DNA of 24,000 nt from Paraburkholderia dioscoreae (GCF_902459535.1 NZ_LR699553.1:261397-285396), one strand, 5' to 3'; positions 9,732 through 19,440 are shown, counted from the stretch's first letter. The notes: generated by a model from the letters alone, not told the origin. Numbers and translations: made by a program.

Positions 9732-10253
9732 TCATGCCGTCTCGCGCAGCGCCACGTCGATCACCGGCGCGCCCGTCAGCGCGATCAGCTCCTGCGCCGT
9801 CAGGTTGAACACCGCATGCGGGTGGCCCGCGGCGGCCCACAGGCTGTCGAGTTCGAGCAGATCCGCGTCGATCAGCGTGACCGGCTCGGTGGCGTGACCG
9901 ATCGGACAGACACCGCCGATCGCATAGCCGGTTTTTTCGCGGACGAACTTCGCGTCCGCACGGCCGATTTCGCCGACCTGCGCGGCAACTTTCTTTTCGT
10001 CGACGCGATTCGCACCGCTCGCGACCACCAGCACCGGCGCGTCGTCTTCACGGCGGCGAAACAGGATCGACTTGGCGATTTGCGCGACAGAGCAGCCGAG
10101 TCCCGCCGCGGCTTCGGCGGAGGTTTTGCCGGTTTCCGGCAGCATCACGATCCGGCCCGCGTGACCGCGTTCGCGCAACAGCAGCGCGACGCGGCGTGCC
10201 GAGTCCGGCAGCGCGGTGAGATCGTCGGTTTCGGGAGAAGCGTGGTCCGTCAT
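9732..10253 (-). CDS. YbaK/EbsC-family aminoacyl-tRNA deacylase-like protein, 173 aa
   Basis: Matches to the YbaK/ProX editing domain: SAEAAAGLGCSVAQIAKSILF, VLVVASGANRVDEKKV, GYAIGGVCPIGH, and the tail WAAAGHPHAVF. Only 4 nt separate its stop from the DUF1289 start. Confidence 0.75.
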   Translation of the reverse strand: MTDHASPETDDLTALPDSARRVALLLRERGHAGRIVMLPETGKTSAEAAAGLGCSVAQIAKSILFRRREDDAPVLVVASGANRVDEKKVAAQVGEIGRADAKFVREKTGYAIGGVCPIGHATEPVTLIDADLLELDSLWAAAGHPHAVFNLTAQELIALTGAPVIDVALRETA

Positions 10254-10307
10254 CGTTTCAGATCCTGAGTGTTGGCGTGAGTGCCGAGTGCATGCGTCGA
10301 GCCGGCG

Positions 10308-11234
10308 TCAGACGCAGTTCGCCGCTTCGCTGCGCGCTTTGGCGAGCAGCGCTTTACCGGCGCGCGAAACATTGGGCCGGCCGATCGAGGTCGAGATGAA
10401 ATCGCCGATCGCGACGACTTGCGCGAGATCGATGCCGGTCTCGATGCCGAGGCCGTTCATCAGATACAGCACGTCTTCGGTCGCGACGTTGCCGGTCGCG
10501 CCCTTCGCATACGGACAGCCGCCGAGGCCCGCCACCGAAGCGTGATAGATCTCGATGCCTTCCAGCAGTGCCGCGTAGATATTGGCGAGTGCCTGACCAT
10601 AGGTGTCGTGGAAGTGGCCCGACAGACGTTTGCGCGGAAACACCCGGGTGACCGCCTCGAACACTTCACGCGTGCGCTTGGGCGTGCCCACGCCGATCGT
10701 GTCGGCGATATCGATTTCGTCGCAGCCGAGCGCCGCGAAGCGCTCGACGACATCCGCCACCGACGCCACCGGCACTTCACCCTGATACGGACAGCCCAGC
10801 GCGCACGACACGCTGCCGCGAATCCGCACGCCGTGCTCCTTGGCCGCCTGCGCGACGGGCGCGAACCGGTCGATGCTTTCCGCGATGCTGCAGTTGATGT
10901 TCTTCTGCGAGAACGCTTCGCTGGCGGCGCCGAAAATCACGATTTCGTCGGCACGCGCGGCGAGCGCGCCTTCGAAGCCGCGCAGGTTGGGCGTCAGCAC
11001 CGAGTAGATCGTGCCGGGGCGCCGTTCGATACCGGCCATCACGTCGGCGCCGTCCGCCATTTGCGGCACCCATTTCGGCGACACGAACGAAGCGGCCTCG
11101 ACGTTACGGAAGCCCGCCGCCGACAACCGGTTGATCAACTCGATCTTGGTCGCGGTGGGCACGAATTCTTTTTCGTTCTGCAGTCCGTCACGCGGACCGA
11201 CTTCGACGATTTTCACTTGCTGAGGTAGGGCCAT
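10308..11234 (-). CDS. hmgL: Hydroxymethylglutaryl-CoA lyase, 308 aa
   Basis: The canonical N-terminus VKIVEVGPRDGLQNE and the SVAGLGGCPYAKGATGNVATEDV motif are present. I chose the internal ATG at 11234 with a GGAGA SD 5 nt upstream. The 17 extra codons in the track ORF are Arg-rich. Confidence 0.9.
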   Translation of the reverse strand: MALPQQVKIVEVGPRDGLQNEKEFVPTATKIELINRLSAAGFRNVEAASFVSPKWVPQMADGADVMAGIERRPGTIYSVLTPNLRGFEGALAARADEIVIFGAASEAFSQKNINCSIAESIDRFAPVAQAAKEHGVRIRGSVSCALGCPYQGEVPVASVADVVERFAALGCDEIDIADTIGVGTPKRTREVFEAVTRVFPRKRLSGHFHDTYGQALANIYAALLEGIEIYHASVAGLGGCPYAKGATGNVATEDVLYLMNGLGIETGIDLAQVVAIGDFISTSIGRPNVSRAGKALLAKARSEAANCV

Positions 11235-11300
11235 GATCTGTCTCCATGCAACTTGTTGACGCCGCGCGTGGCGGCGCTTCTTCAATGGGATTGGCTGTGT

Positions 11301-12242
11301 TCAGTATCCGCGTTCCATATTCACCACTCCGCCAACTGTATCGCCCCGTGCGAGCGCGGTGATTTTCTGCGCGACCTGGGCGACACTTTCCGCGCGCAGC
11401 GTCAGCGCTGAGACGTGCGGCGTGATCGTGATGCGCGGCTCGCGCCAGAACGGGTGATCCGGCGGCAGCGGTTCTTCGCGGAACACGTCGAGCGTGGCGG
11501 CGGTGAGCTGGCCGCTCGCGAGCGCGTCGAGCAGATCCTGCTCGACCAGATGCCCGCCGCGCGCCACGTTGATCAGATACGCGCCGCGTGCGAGCCTGGC
11601 GAAGGTGCGTGCGTTCAGCACGTCGCCGGTATCCGGCGTATGCGGCAGCAGATTCACCAGCACTTTCACGCCGTCGAGAAATGCGTCGAATTGTGCTTCA
11701 CCGGCGAACGTCTGAATGCCGTCGATCTGCCGCGGGCTGCGGCTGTAGCCGCGCACCGGCACGCCGAATGCCGCTACCGCCTGGGCGACATGCGTGCCGA
11801 GCACGCCAAGTCCCAGTACGCCGACGGTGAAGGTTTCACGCGGATGCGGCTCGAGCACTTGCCAGCGGCGCTCGTTTTGCAGCGTCTGATACTCGTCGAA
11901 ACGGCGCAGATAGCGCAGCACCGCATGCGCGACGTACTCGGCCATTTGCGGCGCCATGCCGGTGTCTTCGAGGCGGATCAACTGCGCGTTGCGCGGCAAC
12001 GTGCCGGGTTGCGCGTGTTCCAGCGCCAGGATCGCGTCGACGCCCGCGCCCAGATTGAAGATTGCGCGCAGATCGTCGCGTCCGGCCAGCATCTCGCGCG
12101 GCGGACGCCATACCACCGCGAAATCGGCCGGCGCGGTGTCGCCCGGCTGCCATTCACGCAGATCGGCCTCCGGCAGCGCGCGGGCGAAGTCGTTCAGCCA
12201 CGCGGCGGCGTCGGCATGCGGCATGTAAAAGAGGATTTTCAT
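11301..12242 (-). CDS. ghrA: Glyoxylate/hydroxypyruvate reductase A-type D-2-hydroxyacid dehydrogenase, 313 aa
   Basis: By eye it is colinear with E. coli GhrA as I remember it. Shared segments include MKILFY..., VWRPPREMLAGRDDLRAIFNLGAGVD, the NAD motif GVLGLGVLG, NVARGGHLVEQDLLDAL, and PRITITPHVSA up to the terminal RGY. The start was set at ATG 12242, not the track start 12371. Confidence 0.8.
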   Translation of the reverse strand: MKILFYMPHADAAAWLNDFARALPEADLREWQPGDTAPADFAVVWRPPREMLAGRDDLRAIFNLGAGVDAILALEHAQPGTLPRNAQLIRLEDTGMAPQMAEYVAHAVLRYLRRFDEYQTLQNERRWQVLEPHPRETFTVGVLGLGVLGTHVAQAVAAFGVPVRGYSRSPRQIDGIQTFAGEAQFDAFLDGVKVLVNLLPHTPDTGDVLNARTFARLARGAYLINVARGGHLVEQDLLDALASGQLTAATLDVFREEPLPPDHPFWREPRITITPHVSALTLRAESVAQVAQKITALARGDTVGGVVNMERGY

Positions 12243-12340
12243 ACGGTCCGGAAGGCGCCTGCGAGATCGGGGCGAGTGACGGAGAAGCCACGGCGTGACC
12301 GGTGCGACAACTGCAACGCTGCGGACGACACTTGCTGCAT
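12239..12340 (-). CDS. Candidate 33-codon upstream ORF / leader peptide translationally coupled to ghrA
   Basis: On the minus strand the sequence reads AAAGGAGGAGGCCTC-ATG (ATG at 12340-12338). It encodes MQQVSSAALQLSHRSRRGFSVTRPDLAGAFRTV. Its TGA (12241-12239) overlaps the ghrA ATG in ATGA. The SD is the strongest in the window. GC3 is moderate (about three quarters), lower than neighbouring genes, and no homology is recognised. Confidence 0.3.
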   Translation of the reverse strand: MQQVSSAALQLSHRSRRGFSVTRPDLAGAFRTV

Positions 12341-12641
12341 GAGGCCTCCTCCTTTTATGGATAGGCTTCATTCTACTTTTTCGACGCGCATCGCGCGCGT
12401 TTGCGCACGGGCGTGCGGTTCCGGCGATGGATTTCCCTCCACAGGCCCATATCTGGCGGGGCTTTGCACGCGCATTGGGACGTGTATTTGGCCACGCATC
12501 GGGCCGCGTTTTTTATCCCCGGGTTTGCCCGCGTATTTTGTCCGCGCGTTTTGCCCGATAACCAAAGCACAAAAACTTGGTTCGCCCACACGGCGCCCGG
12601 CGGGACAATCATTACCCGGATTTCCGCAGCGAGGCACCCAC

Positions 12642-13244
12642 ATGCTTTCATGCACCAAATCGACATGGCCGCCACGGCTCGTCACGGTTCCCGGCCTGCA
12701 CGGCAGCGAGGGCACGCACTGGCAGACCTGGCTGGAGCGGCAGTTCGCGCGCTCGCTGCGCGTCGAGCAAGCCGACTGGGACGCACCGGACCTCGCGCTG
12801 TGGTCCAGATCGTTGCGCGATCTGCTGGCGCGCGAGCGCGGGCCGTTCGTGCTGGCCGCGCATAGCTTCGGTTGCCTTGCGACCGCGTATGCATTGCAGC
12901 AGGCGTCGTATGCGAACGATGTGGTCGGTGTGCTGTTCGTGGCGCCCGCGAGTCCGCAGAAATTCGCCTTCGCCGGACCGTTCGACGCCCGGCGTCTCGG
13001 CGTGCCGTCGATCCTGATCGGCAGCGAAACCGATCCGTGGATGTCGCTCGCCGGGGCGCGCGATCTCGCGCAGCGCTTCGGCAGCGCGTTTGTGAATCTC
13101 GGCGACGCGGGGCATATCAACACCGCGGCCGGCTTCGGACCCTGGCCGCGCGCGAAGTATTTCGTCGACACCCTGGTGCATTGCGCGGCGCCGCTGCGTT
13201 TTCGCGAAGAGTCGATCGAGGCCGCACAGCACGCATTTATCTGA
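12642..13244 (+). CDS. RBBP9/YdeN-type serine hydrolase (Ser_hydrolase family alpha/beta fold), 200 aa
   Basis: Motifs seen: VPGLHGSEGTHWQTWL, nucleophile AAHSFGC, acid SETDPW, and His in DAGHIN. The real gene is the C-terminal part of the 609-aa track ORF, whose N-terminal 409 codons are antisense to ghrA. The start is ATG 12642. Confidence 0.7.
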   Translation: MLSCTKSTWPPRLVTVPGLHGSEGTHWQTWLERQFARSLRVEQADWDAPDLALWSRSLRDLLARERGPFVLAAHSFGCLATAYALQQASYANDVVGVLFVAPASPQKFAFAGPFDARRLGVPSILIGSETDPWMSLAGARDLAQRFGSAFVNLGDAGHINTAAGFGPWPRAKYFVDTLVHCAAPLRFREESIEAAQHAFI

Positions 13245-13377
13245 ATGGTCGGGCCGGCGTTCGGGCAGGTGAGGCGCGCGAACGCGGCACAGACCGAGTA
13301 AGCGATCCGTTAGAATCCTGCTTCACGCTGCACGTTCGTGCGGCCACTGGTTTTCATCAACGAGAGGCGGGGACAGG

Positions 13378-14403
13378 ATGGCAGGCAAGACGGGGACTTC
13401 GCGCTGGCTGGCAGCCGGCATGACGGCAATTACGCTCGCGCTGGCGGGCGTGTCGGCAGCGCACGCAGAGACGTCGCTGCTCAACGTGTCGTACGACGTG
13501 ACGCGTGAGCTGTACAAGGACATCAACGCCGGCTTCATTGCCGCGTACAGGCAGAAGAGCGGCGAGACCGTGTCGATCCGCCAGTCGCATGGCGCGTCGA
13601 GCGCGCAGGCGCTGTCGGTGCTGCAAGGCTTGCAGGCCGACGTGGTGACGATGAACCAGCCGAACGATATCGACCTGCTCGCCGAGAAAGGTCAACTGCT
13701 GCCGGCCAACTGGCGCACGCGTCTGCCGAACGACAGCGTGCCCTACACCACGACGATGGTGTTCCTCGTGCGCAAGGGCAACCCGAAGCACATCAAGGAC
13801 TGGGACGATCTCGCCAAGCCCGGCGTGCAGGTGATCATCGCCAATCCGAAGACATCGGGTAACGGGCGCTATACGTATCTGGCCGCGTGGGGTTATCGCA
13901 AGCAGCACGGCGGGACTGACGCGCAGGCACTCGACTTCGAAAAGGCGATCTTCAAAAACGTGCCGGTGCTCGACACGGGCGGCCGCGGCGCGACGACCAC
14001 GTTTACGCAACGCGGTATCGGCGACGTGCTGGTGACGTTCGAAAACGAAGTGGCGCTGATGGACACGGGCGTGGGCGGGGGCAACTTCGAGGCGGTGTAT
14101 CCGTCGGTGAGTTTGCTGGCGGCGCCGCCGGTTTCGATCGTCGACAAGGTGGTCGACAAGCGCGGCACGCGCAAGGAAGCGCAGGCCTACCTCGAGTACC
14201 TGTGGTCGCCGGCCGCGCAGGAGATCATCGCGCAGCACCATCTGCGTCCGCAGGACAAGGCCGTGCTTGCGAAGCATGCTGCGGAGTTCAAGGCGATCAA
14301 AACATTCACCGTCGAAGACATGTTCGGTGGCTGGCAGAAAGCACAGCAAACGCATTTCTCCGATGGCGGCACATTCGATCAGATCATCGTCGACAAGAAG
14401 TAA
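13378..14403 (+). CDS. sbp: Periplasmic sulfate/thiosulfate-binding protein of the sulfate ABC transporter, 341 aa
   Basis: A signal peptide ends in AAHA-ETS. The mature N-terminus LLNVSYDVTRELY, plus IRQSHGASSAQA, NPKTSGNGRY and LVTFENE, is typical of Sbp/CysP. Confidence 0.9.
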   Translation: MAGKTGTSRWLAAGMTAITLALAGVSAAHAETSLLNVSYDVTRELYKDINAGFIAAYRQKSGETVSIRQSHGASSAQALSVLQGLQADVVTMNQPNDIDLLAEKGQLLPANWRTRLPNDSVPYTTTMVFLVRKGNPKHIKDWDDLAKPGVQVIIANPKTSGNGRYTYLAAWGYRKQHGGTDAQALDFEKAIFKNVPVLDTGGRGATTTFTQRGIGDVLVTFENEVALMDTGVGGGNFEAVYPSVSLLAAPPVSIVDKVVDKRGTRKEAQAYLEYLWSPAAQEIIAQHHLRPQDKAVLAKHAAEFKAIKTFTVEDMFGGWQKAQQTHFSDGGTFDQIIVDKK

Positions 14404-14420
14404 TTTCCGGCTTCACAAGT

Positions 14421-14458
14421 AAAAAGGCTGCCTCGTTTTCCACGAGGCAGCCTTTTTT
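14421..14458. terminator. Bidirectional rho-independent terminator shared by convergent sbp and bioB
   Basis: An A-run (14421-14425) precedes stem GGCTGCCTCGT (14426-14436), which pairs with ACGAGGCAGCC (14442-14452). A T-run follows (14453-14458). The structure is symmetric, so it can terminate both strands. Confidence 0.8.
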
Positions 14459-14492
14459 ATTGCACGTGTTCTAGTGCGCGCGACGCTGACGC

Positions 14493-15572
14493 TCAGTTCG
14501 GCGCAGCGTGTTTATCACAGCCGTGCTCGCAGCCGCTTTGATCGAGCGGCATCTGTTGCGCGGCCTCGGCGCGAATGCCGAGACGTTCGAGCAGTTTGCG
14601 GTCGGCCTCGGCTTGCGGGTTGCTCGTGGTCAGCAATTGATCGCCGTAGAAAATCGAGTTCGCGCCAGCGAGGAAACACATGGCCTGCAAGGCTTCGTTC
14701 ATCTGCTCGCGGCCGGCGGACAGACGCACCATTGCGCGCGGCATGGTGATACGCGCAATCGCGATCGTGCGCACGAATTCGAAAGGGTCGATCGCTTCGG
14801 TGCCGGTCAGCGGCGTGCCTTCCACCTGAACCAGATTGTTGATGGGCACCGATTCCGGATACGGATCCATGTTCGCCAGTTGCGCGATCAGACCCGCGCG
14901 CTCACGGCGCGACTCGCCCAGGCCAACAATCCCGCCGCAGCACACGTTGATGCCCGCGTCGCGCACGCGTTCGAGCGTGTCGAGGCGGTCCTGATACGTG
15001 CGCGTCGAAATGATCTGACCGTAGAACTCCGGCGACGTATCGAGATTGTGGTTGTAGTAGTCGAGGCCCGCTTCGCGCAACCCTTGCGCCTGATGCGTTT
15101 CGAGCATGCCGAGCGTCACGCAGGTTTCGAGGCCCATTGCCTTCACGCCGCGGATCATGTCCTTGATCGGTTCCAGGTGACGGTCTTTCGGATTGCGCCA
15201 CGCGGCGCCCATGCAGAAACGCGTCGCGCCGTTTTCCTTGGCGACCTTCGCGGCAGCGAGCACTTCGTCGACCGGCATCAGCTTGTCGGCTTGCAGGCCC
15301 GTGTCGTGATGCACCGACTGCGGACAGTACGCGCAATCTTCCTCGCAGCCGCCGGTCTTGATCGACAGCAGCGTGGACAGTTGCACGGTGTTCGCGTCGA
15401 AATGCTCGCGATGGGTTTGCTGCGCCTGGAACATCAGGTCGTTGAACGGCAGTTCGTACAACGCGACGATGTCCGCCACGCGCCAGCGCGCGAGCTGTTT
15501 CGTGCCGGCTGCGGCGTTGTTGTTGGCGGCGGCCGTGTCGGCGGACGCCGGAGCGATGTTCAGTTGCGTCAT
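14493..15572 (-). CDS. bioB: Biotin synthase (radical SAM), 359 aa
   Basis: The CX3CX2C cluster CEEDCAYC is present, along with YNHNLDTS and [11 protein letters not shown] preferred ATG 15572 (GAGGA about 10 nt upstream) over the track start 15587, which has no SD. Confidence 0.93.
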   Translation of the reverse strand: MTQLNIAPASADTAAANNNAAAGTKQLARWRVADIVALYELPFNDLMFQAQQTHREHFDANTVQLSTLLSIKTGGCEEDCAYCPQSVHHDTGLQADKLMPVDEVLAAAKVAKENGATRFCMGAAWRNPKDRHLEPIKDMIRGVKAMGLETCVTLGMLETHQAQGLREAGLDYYNHNLDTSPEFYGQIISTRTYQDRLDTLERVRDAGINVCCGGIVGLGESRRERAGLIAQLANMDPYPESVPINNLVQVEGTPLTGTEAIDPFEFVRTIAIARITMPRAMVRLSAGREQMNEALQAMCFLAGANSIFYGDQLLTTSNPQAEADRKLLERLGIRAEAAQQMPLDQSGCEHGCDKHAAPN

Positions 15573-15606
15573 GTCGTCAATCCTCATGGATGGATGTGAT
15601 GGTGGT

Positions 15607-16344
15607 TCAGCGCTGCGCGTGCGTATGGCGCAGCGTCTGCAGAAGCCGGTTGATGTCGAGTTGCTCCGCCGCGAGCTCGGGCGAAGCCGGGCTCAGATGC
15701 GGCACGATGCCGAGCAGCGGTGCGTCGTATTCGCGGGCGAGATGCTCGCGGATCGACGCGATGTTTTCGTCGGGGAAGGTCATGTCCGGATCGATACGGT
15801 TGGCGACCCAGCCGGCGAGCGTGAGCCCGCGCGCGGCGATTGCTTCGGCGGTGAGCAGCGCATGGCTGATGCAGCCGAGCCGCATGCCGACCACCAGCAC
15901 GACCGGCAGCTTCAGCGCGACGGCGAGATCGGCGGTGTCCTGGGTAGCGGTCAACGGCACGCGAAAACCGCCGACGCCTTCCACCACGACGATCTCCGCG
16001 CGCTTGAGAGCCTGCGCGTGACAGTCGACGATACGGTCGAGATCCAGCGTGACGTTTTCCAGCGCGGCTGCGATATGCGGCGCGGCCGGTTCCTTCAGCA
16101 GATACGGCGTGCGCATCTCGGGCGGCAGCAGGACGTTCGAGGCGGCGTCGAGTTGATCCGCGTCTTCGTTGTGCGGCACGCCGTTCAGTTCGAACGCGCC
16201 GGCGGCGATCGGCTTCATCGCGGCGGCTTGCAGGCCTTCGCGGACGAAGCCGCGCAACAGCGCCGCTGAGACGAACGTCTTGCCGATTTCCGTATCGGTG
16301 CCGGTGACGAATAAGGACAGTGCGTTTTGACTCGCGCTACTCAT
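15607..16344 (-). CDS. bioD: Dethiobiotin synthetase, 245 aa
   Basis: It has the P-loop [12 protein letters not shown] and VVVEGVGG. Its start overlaps the bioF stop (ATGA at 16341-16344). Confidence 0.9.
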   Translation of the reverse strand: MSSASQNALSLFVTGTDTEIGKTFVSAALLRGFVREGLQAAAMKPIAAGAFELNGVPHNEDADQLDAASNVLLPPEMRTPYLLKEPAAPHIAAALENVTLDLDRIVDCHAQALKRAEIVVVEGVGGFRVPLTATQDTADLAVALKLPVVLVVGMRLGCISHALLTAEAIAARGLTLAGWVANRIDPDMTFPDENIASIREHLAREYDAPLLGIVPHLSPASPELAAEQLDINRLLQTLRHTHAQR

Positions 16345-17525
16345 GCCGCCTTTGCTCCGAGTTGCTGCAAGCCCGCTTCAAGACGATCCAGGTCTGCCTG
16401 CAAGTGCGCGGCCGACAGCGAAATGCGCAAACGCGACGTGCCGGCGGGCACGGTGGGCGGACGGATCGCCGGCACCCACAGACCCGCGCGATCGAGCGTG
16501 GCCGCGATATCGAGCGTGGCATCGTTCGCGCCGATGATGAGCGGCTGCACGGCCGTATGCGAATCGACCGGTAGCCACGGCGTTGCCTTGAGCATGGCGC
16601 GCGTGCGCTCGATCAATTGCTGAAGATGCGCGCGCCGCGCATCGCCTTCCTCGCCGCCGATGATGCGCAGGCTCGCCGACACCGCATGCGCCGCGGCCGG
16701 CACCGACGCCGTGGTGAAAATGTACGGGCGCGCGCGCTGCACGAGCCATTCGATCACCGTCTCATGCGCTGCGACGAACGCGCCGGAGACGCCTGCTGCT
16801 TTGCCGAGCGTGCCGATCGAAATGAGGTTCGGCGACCGCAGCGCGGCTTGCGCGATCGCGCCGCGGCCTTGCGGGCCGAGCACGCCGAAACCGTGCGCGT
16901 CGTCGACGATCAGCCACGCGCCGTGTTGTTCCGCGAGTTCGAGCAGACGCGGCAGGGGCGCGATGTCGCCGTCCATGCTGAAGACGGTATCGGAGACGAT
17001 CGCCTTGACGTCGGCGTCCGAGGCTTCGAGCATCGCGCTCAGCGCTTCCGTATCGCAGTGCGGGTAGATCTGCACGTCGGCGCGGGACAAACGCGCGCCG
17101 TCGATCAGCGACGCGTGATTCAGCGCGTCGGAGAAGAGCGTCGTGCCGCGGCCCGCGAGCGCGGTGAGCGTGGCGAGATTCGCCATGTAGCCTGTGCTGA
17201 AGTAGAGCGCGCGCGCATTCTCGACGAAGCCGCCGACGAATTCGGCGAGATCGTCTTCGAGTTGCGCATGCGCGCGCGAGTGGCCGCCGAGCAGATGCGA
17301 GCCGCCGCTGCCCGCGCCATAGCGCTGCGCGCCTTCAGCAATGGCCGCGATGAGTTGCGGATGCGCGGCGAGGCCGAGATAGTCGTTGCTGGCGAAGCCG
17401 ATGATCGCGCGGCCGTCGACGGTCATGTGCGCCGCGCACGGCGTGTCGGCCGTGCGGCGGCGACGGCGCAGGCCGCGTGCGTCGATGTCCTTCAGCCCTT
17501 CGGCGAGTGTGTCGAGCAGATGCAT
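16341..17525 (-). CDS. bioF: 8-amino-7-oxononanoate synthase (PLP-dependent), 394 aa
   Basis: Motifs seen: [20 protein letters not shown] and TLGKA (PLP lysine). The start ATG at 17525-17523 shares one nucleotide with the bioA TAA stop (TAATG). The upstream 178 codons of the track ORF lie inside bioA in another frame. Confidence 0.9.
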   Translation of the reverse strand: MHLLDTLAEGLKDIDARGLRRRRRTADTPCAAHMTVDGRAIIGFASNDYLGLAAHPQLIAAIAEGAQRYGAGSGGSHLLGGHSRAHAQLEDDLAEFVGGFVENARALYFSTGYMANLATLTALAGRGTTLFSDALNHASLIDGARLSRADVQIYPHCDTEALSAMLEASDADVKAIVSDTVFSMDGDIAPLPRLLELAEQHGAWLIVDDAHGFGVLGPQGRGAIAQAALRSPNLISIGTLGKAAGVSGAFVAAHETVIEWLVQRARPYIFTTASVPAAAHAVSASLRIIGGEEGDARRAHLQQLIERTRAMLKATPWLPVDSHTAVQPLIIGANDATLDIAATLDRAGLWVPAIRPPTVPAGTSRLRISLSAAHLQADLDRLEAGLQQLGAKAA

Positions 17526-18943
17526 TAGCGGGTCTCCGCGAGCGTGGCTTCGAAGGTCTCGCGCGTGCGCGAGGCGAGCAGCGCGAGTTCTTCGTCGTCG
17601 AGGATGTAAGGGGGCATCAGATACACCGTCGTGCCGATTGGGCGCAGCAGCAGTTCGCGCTGCAACGCGTTTTCGAAGAAGCGGCGCGAGAATGTTCTGG
17701 CTTGCTGAGCATCGTCGATCACGGCGTCGAACGCGAAGATCGTGCCGCACTGACGCAGATTGCGGACTTGTTCGTGCCCGGCGAGCGGTGCGAGCGCGGC
17801 TTTCAGCTTCGCGGACTTCTGCGCGTTGGCGGCGAGCACGTTGTCGGTTGCGAACAGATCGAGCGTGGCGAGTGCCGCGCGACAGGCGAGCGGATTGCCG
17901 GTGTACGAGTGCGAGTGCAGGAAGCCGCGCGCGGTGTCGTCGTGATAGAACGCTTCGAAAATTTCGTCGCGCGACAGCACGATCGAGAGCGGCAGATAGC
18001 CGCCGCTGATGCCTTTGGACAGACAGATGAAGTCCGGCCAGATGCCGGCTTGTTCGCACGCGAAGAAAGTGCCGGTGCGGCCGCAGCCCACGGCGATTTC
18101 ATCGGCGATCAGATGCACGCCGTACTGATCGCACAATGCGCGCAATCCGGCGATATACGACGCGTCGTGCATGGCCATGCCGGCGGCGCACTGCACGAGC
18201 GGCTCGACGATCAGCGCGGCGATTTTCGTGGCGCGTGCTTCGAATAGCGAGCGAACGTGATCGAGCGCGTGGCGAGCGACATCGGCGGCGGTTTCGCCGG
18301 CCTCCGCGAGGCGCGCGTCCGGCGATGCCGCGACGTGCGCGTGGCGGATCAACGGGTCGTAGGCATCTTTGAAGAGCGCGACATCCGTGACGCCGAGTGC
18401 GCCGATGGTTTCGCCGTGATAGCTGTTGGCGATGCAGACGAATTCCTGCTTGTCGGCGAAACCGCGATTGCGCCACGAATGGAAGCTCATTTTCAGGGCG
18501 ATTTCGACGGCGGACGCGCCGTCCGATGCGAAGAATGCGTGGCCGAGCGTGTTGCCGGTGAGCGCGCTGAGGCGCTCCGCGAGTTCGATGGCCGGTTCGT
18601 GCGTGCAGCCGGCGAGCATGGCGTGTTCGAGCGTGTCGAGCTGGTCTTTCAGTGCCGCGTTGATGCGCGAATTGGCGTGACCGAACAGGTTGACCCACCA
18701 GGAGCTGATGGCATCCAGATAGCGATGGCCGGCGCGATCGTAGAGCCACGCGCCTTGACCGCGTGCGACGGGGACGAGCGGCAGGCGTTCGTGGTGCTTC
18801 ATCTGGGTGCAGGGGTGCCAGACGGCGCGCAGGCTGCGGGCGATCCAGTCTTCGGGGGCTGCTGATGGTGCTGCTGACTTTTCCAAAGGGGTACTCCAGG
18901 GTGCTTTTTTTGCCGCTGCGCGGCGTGGCTTTTTTAGGGCCAT
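17525..18943 (-). CDS. bioA: Adenosylmethionine-8-amino-7-oxononanoate aminotransferase, up to 472 aa
   Basis: Motifs seen: [19 protein letters not shown] and [12 protein letters not shown] (PLP lysine). The first ~20 codons from ATG 18943 are A/T3-rich and atypical. An alternative TTG start at 18886, preceded by GGAG-N7, is possible. Confidence 0.88.
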   Translation of the reverse strand: MALKKPRRAAAKKAPWSTPLEKSAAPSAAPEDWIARSLRAVWHPCTQMKHHERLPLVPVARGQGAWLYDRAGHRYLDAISSWWVNLFGHANSRINAALKDQLDTLEHAMLAGCTHEPAIELAERLSALTGNTLGHAFFASDGASAVEIALKMSFHSWRNRGFADKQEFVCIANSYHGETIGALGVTDVALFKDAYDPLIRHAHVAASPDARLAEAGETAADVARHALDHVRSLFEARATKIAALIVEPLVQCAAGMAMHDASYIAGLRALCDQYGVHLIADEIAVGCGRTGTFFACEQAGIWPDFICLSKGISGGYLPLSIVLSRDEIFEAFYHDDTARGFLHSHSYTGNPLACRAALATLDLFATDNVLAANAQKSAKLKAALAPLAGHEQVRNLRQCGTIFAFDAVIDDAQQARTFSRRFFENALQRELLLRPIGTTVYLMPPYILDDEELALLASRTRETFEATLAETR

Positions 18944-19204
18944 TTTTGGGCGTGCTGCGCGTCTTTTTTTGCGCTGCGCGCGGCCCTTGGCGGGCGTGCG
19001 GGGTTGAGATTAGCGGTTTATTTCGTGATGTGCACTAGGGGGCGATGTGCGTTTTTTGCCTGCGGCGCTGGGGTTGGTTGGTGTTCGATGCAGGTGGTTT
19101 CTGTTCTCGACGGAAGGTTGCTGATCGATGCAGTTGGCGACGGCAAAGTAGTTGGGTTTTACTGGCGGGAATTTGGGGGAGGGTTGGTTGTTTGCCTGTG
19201 CAGG

Positions 19205-19440
19205 GCTTTGTGTCTGTGTTCCTGGGGTGTTGGCCTTTCCTTGCGTTCACGGTGGTCTATTAGCGTTGCCCCTGTGCGGGGCGGCACCTACTTTCTTTGC
19301 CGCGGCAAAGAAAGTAGGCAAAGAAAGCCGCTTTACACCGCCAGTTCTTAAGCGAATCCCCTGGCTTGGAGGAGGCAGTGGTGCATCTGGAATCCGTGTT
19401 CTCGCGCATTCCGCCCCAGTGACAAGGCAGTCATACCTCC
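19205..19440. repeat. Left copy of a ~240-bp structured repeat (inverted partner at 19745-19995)
   Basis: A hand alignment with the reverse complement of 19745-19995 is colinear, and most positions are identical. Shared blocks include GGTGGTCTATTAGCGTTGCCCCTGTGCGGGGCGGCAC, CAGTGGTGCATCTGGAATC, and CATTCCGCCCCAGTGACAAGG. It contains a perfect 28-nt palindrome TACTTTCTTTGCCGCGGCAAAGAAAGTA (19289-19316), a third GCAAAGAAAG copy (19318-19327), and the hairpin GCCCC-TGTGC-GGGGC (19268-19282). Confidence 0.85.

Noticed and set aside
11235-11300. GC hairpin CGCCGC-GCGTG-GCGGCG between ghrA and the HMG-CoA lyase gene, considered as an internal terminator.
   Set aside because: The stem is short and no T-run follows on the transcribed (minus) strand. 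At most it is a weak stability element, which is not enough to split the cluster.
14493-18943. The biotin operon lacks bioC, bioH and birA, and it uses overlapping stop/start codons.
   Set aside because: The order bioA-bioF-bioD-bioB with coupled junctions, and bioC/bioH encoded elsewhere, is an ordinary arrangement in Betaproteobacteria as far as I know. It is not evidence of anything novel.
18944-19060. BirA/bio operator upstream of bioA.
   Set aside because: Only a partial half-site-like GGTTTAT (about 19014-19020) and a direct GATGTGC repeat are present. There is no inverted TGTAAACC...GGTTTACA pair at appropriate spacing.
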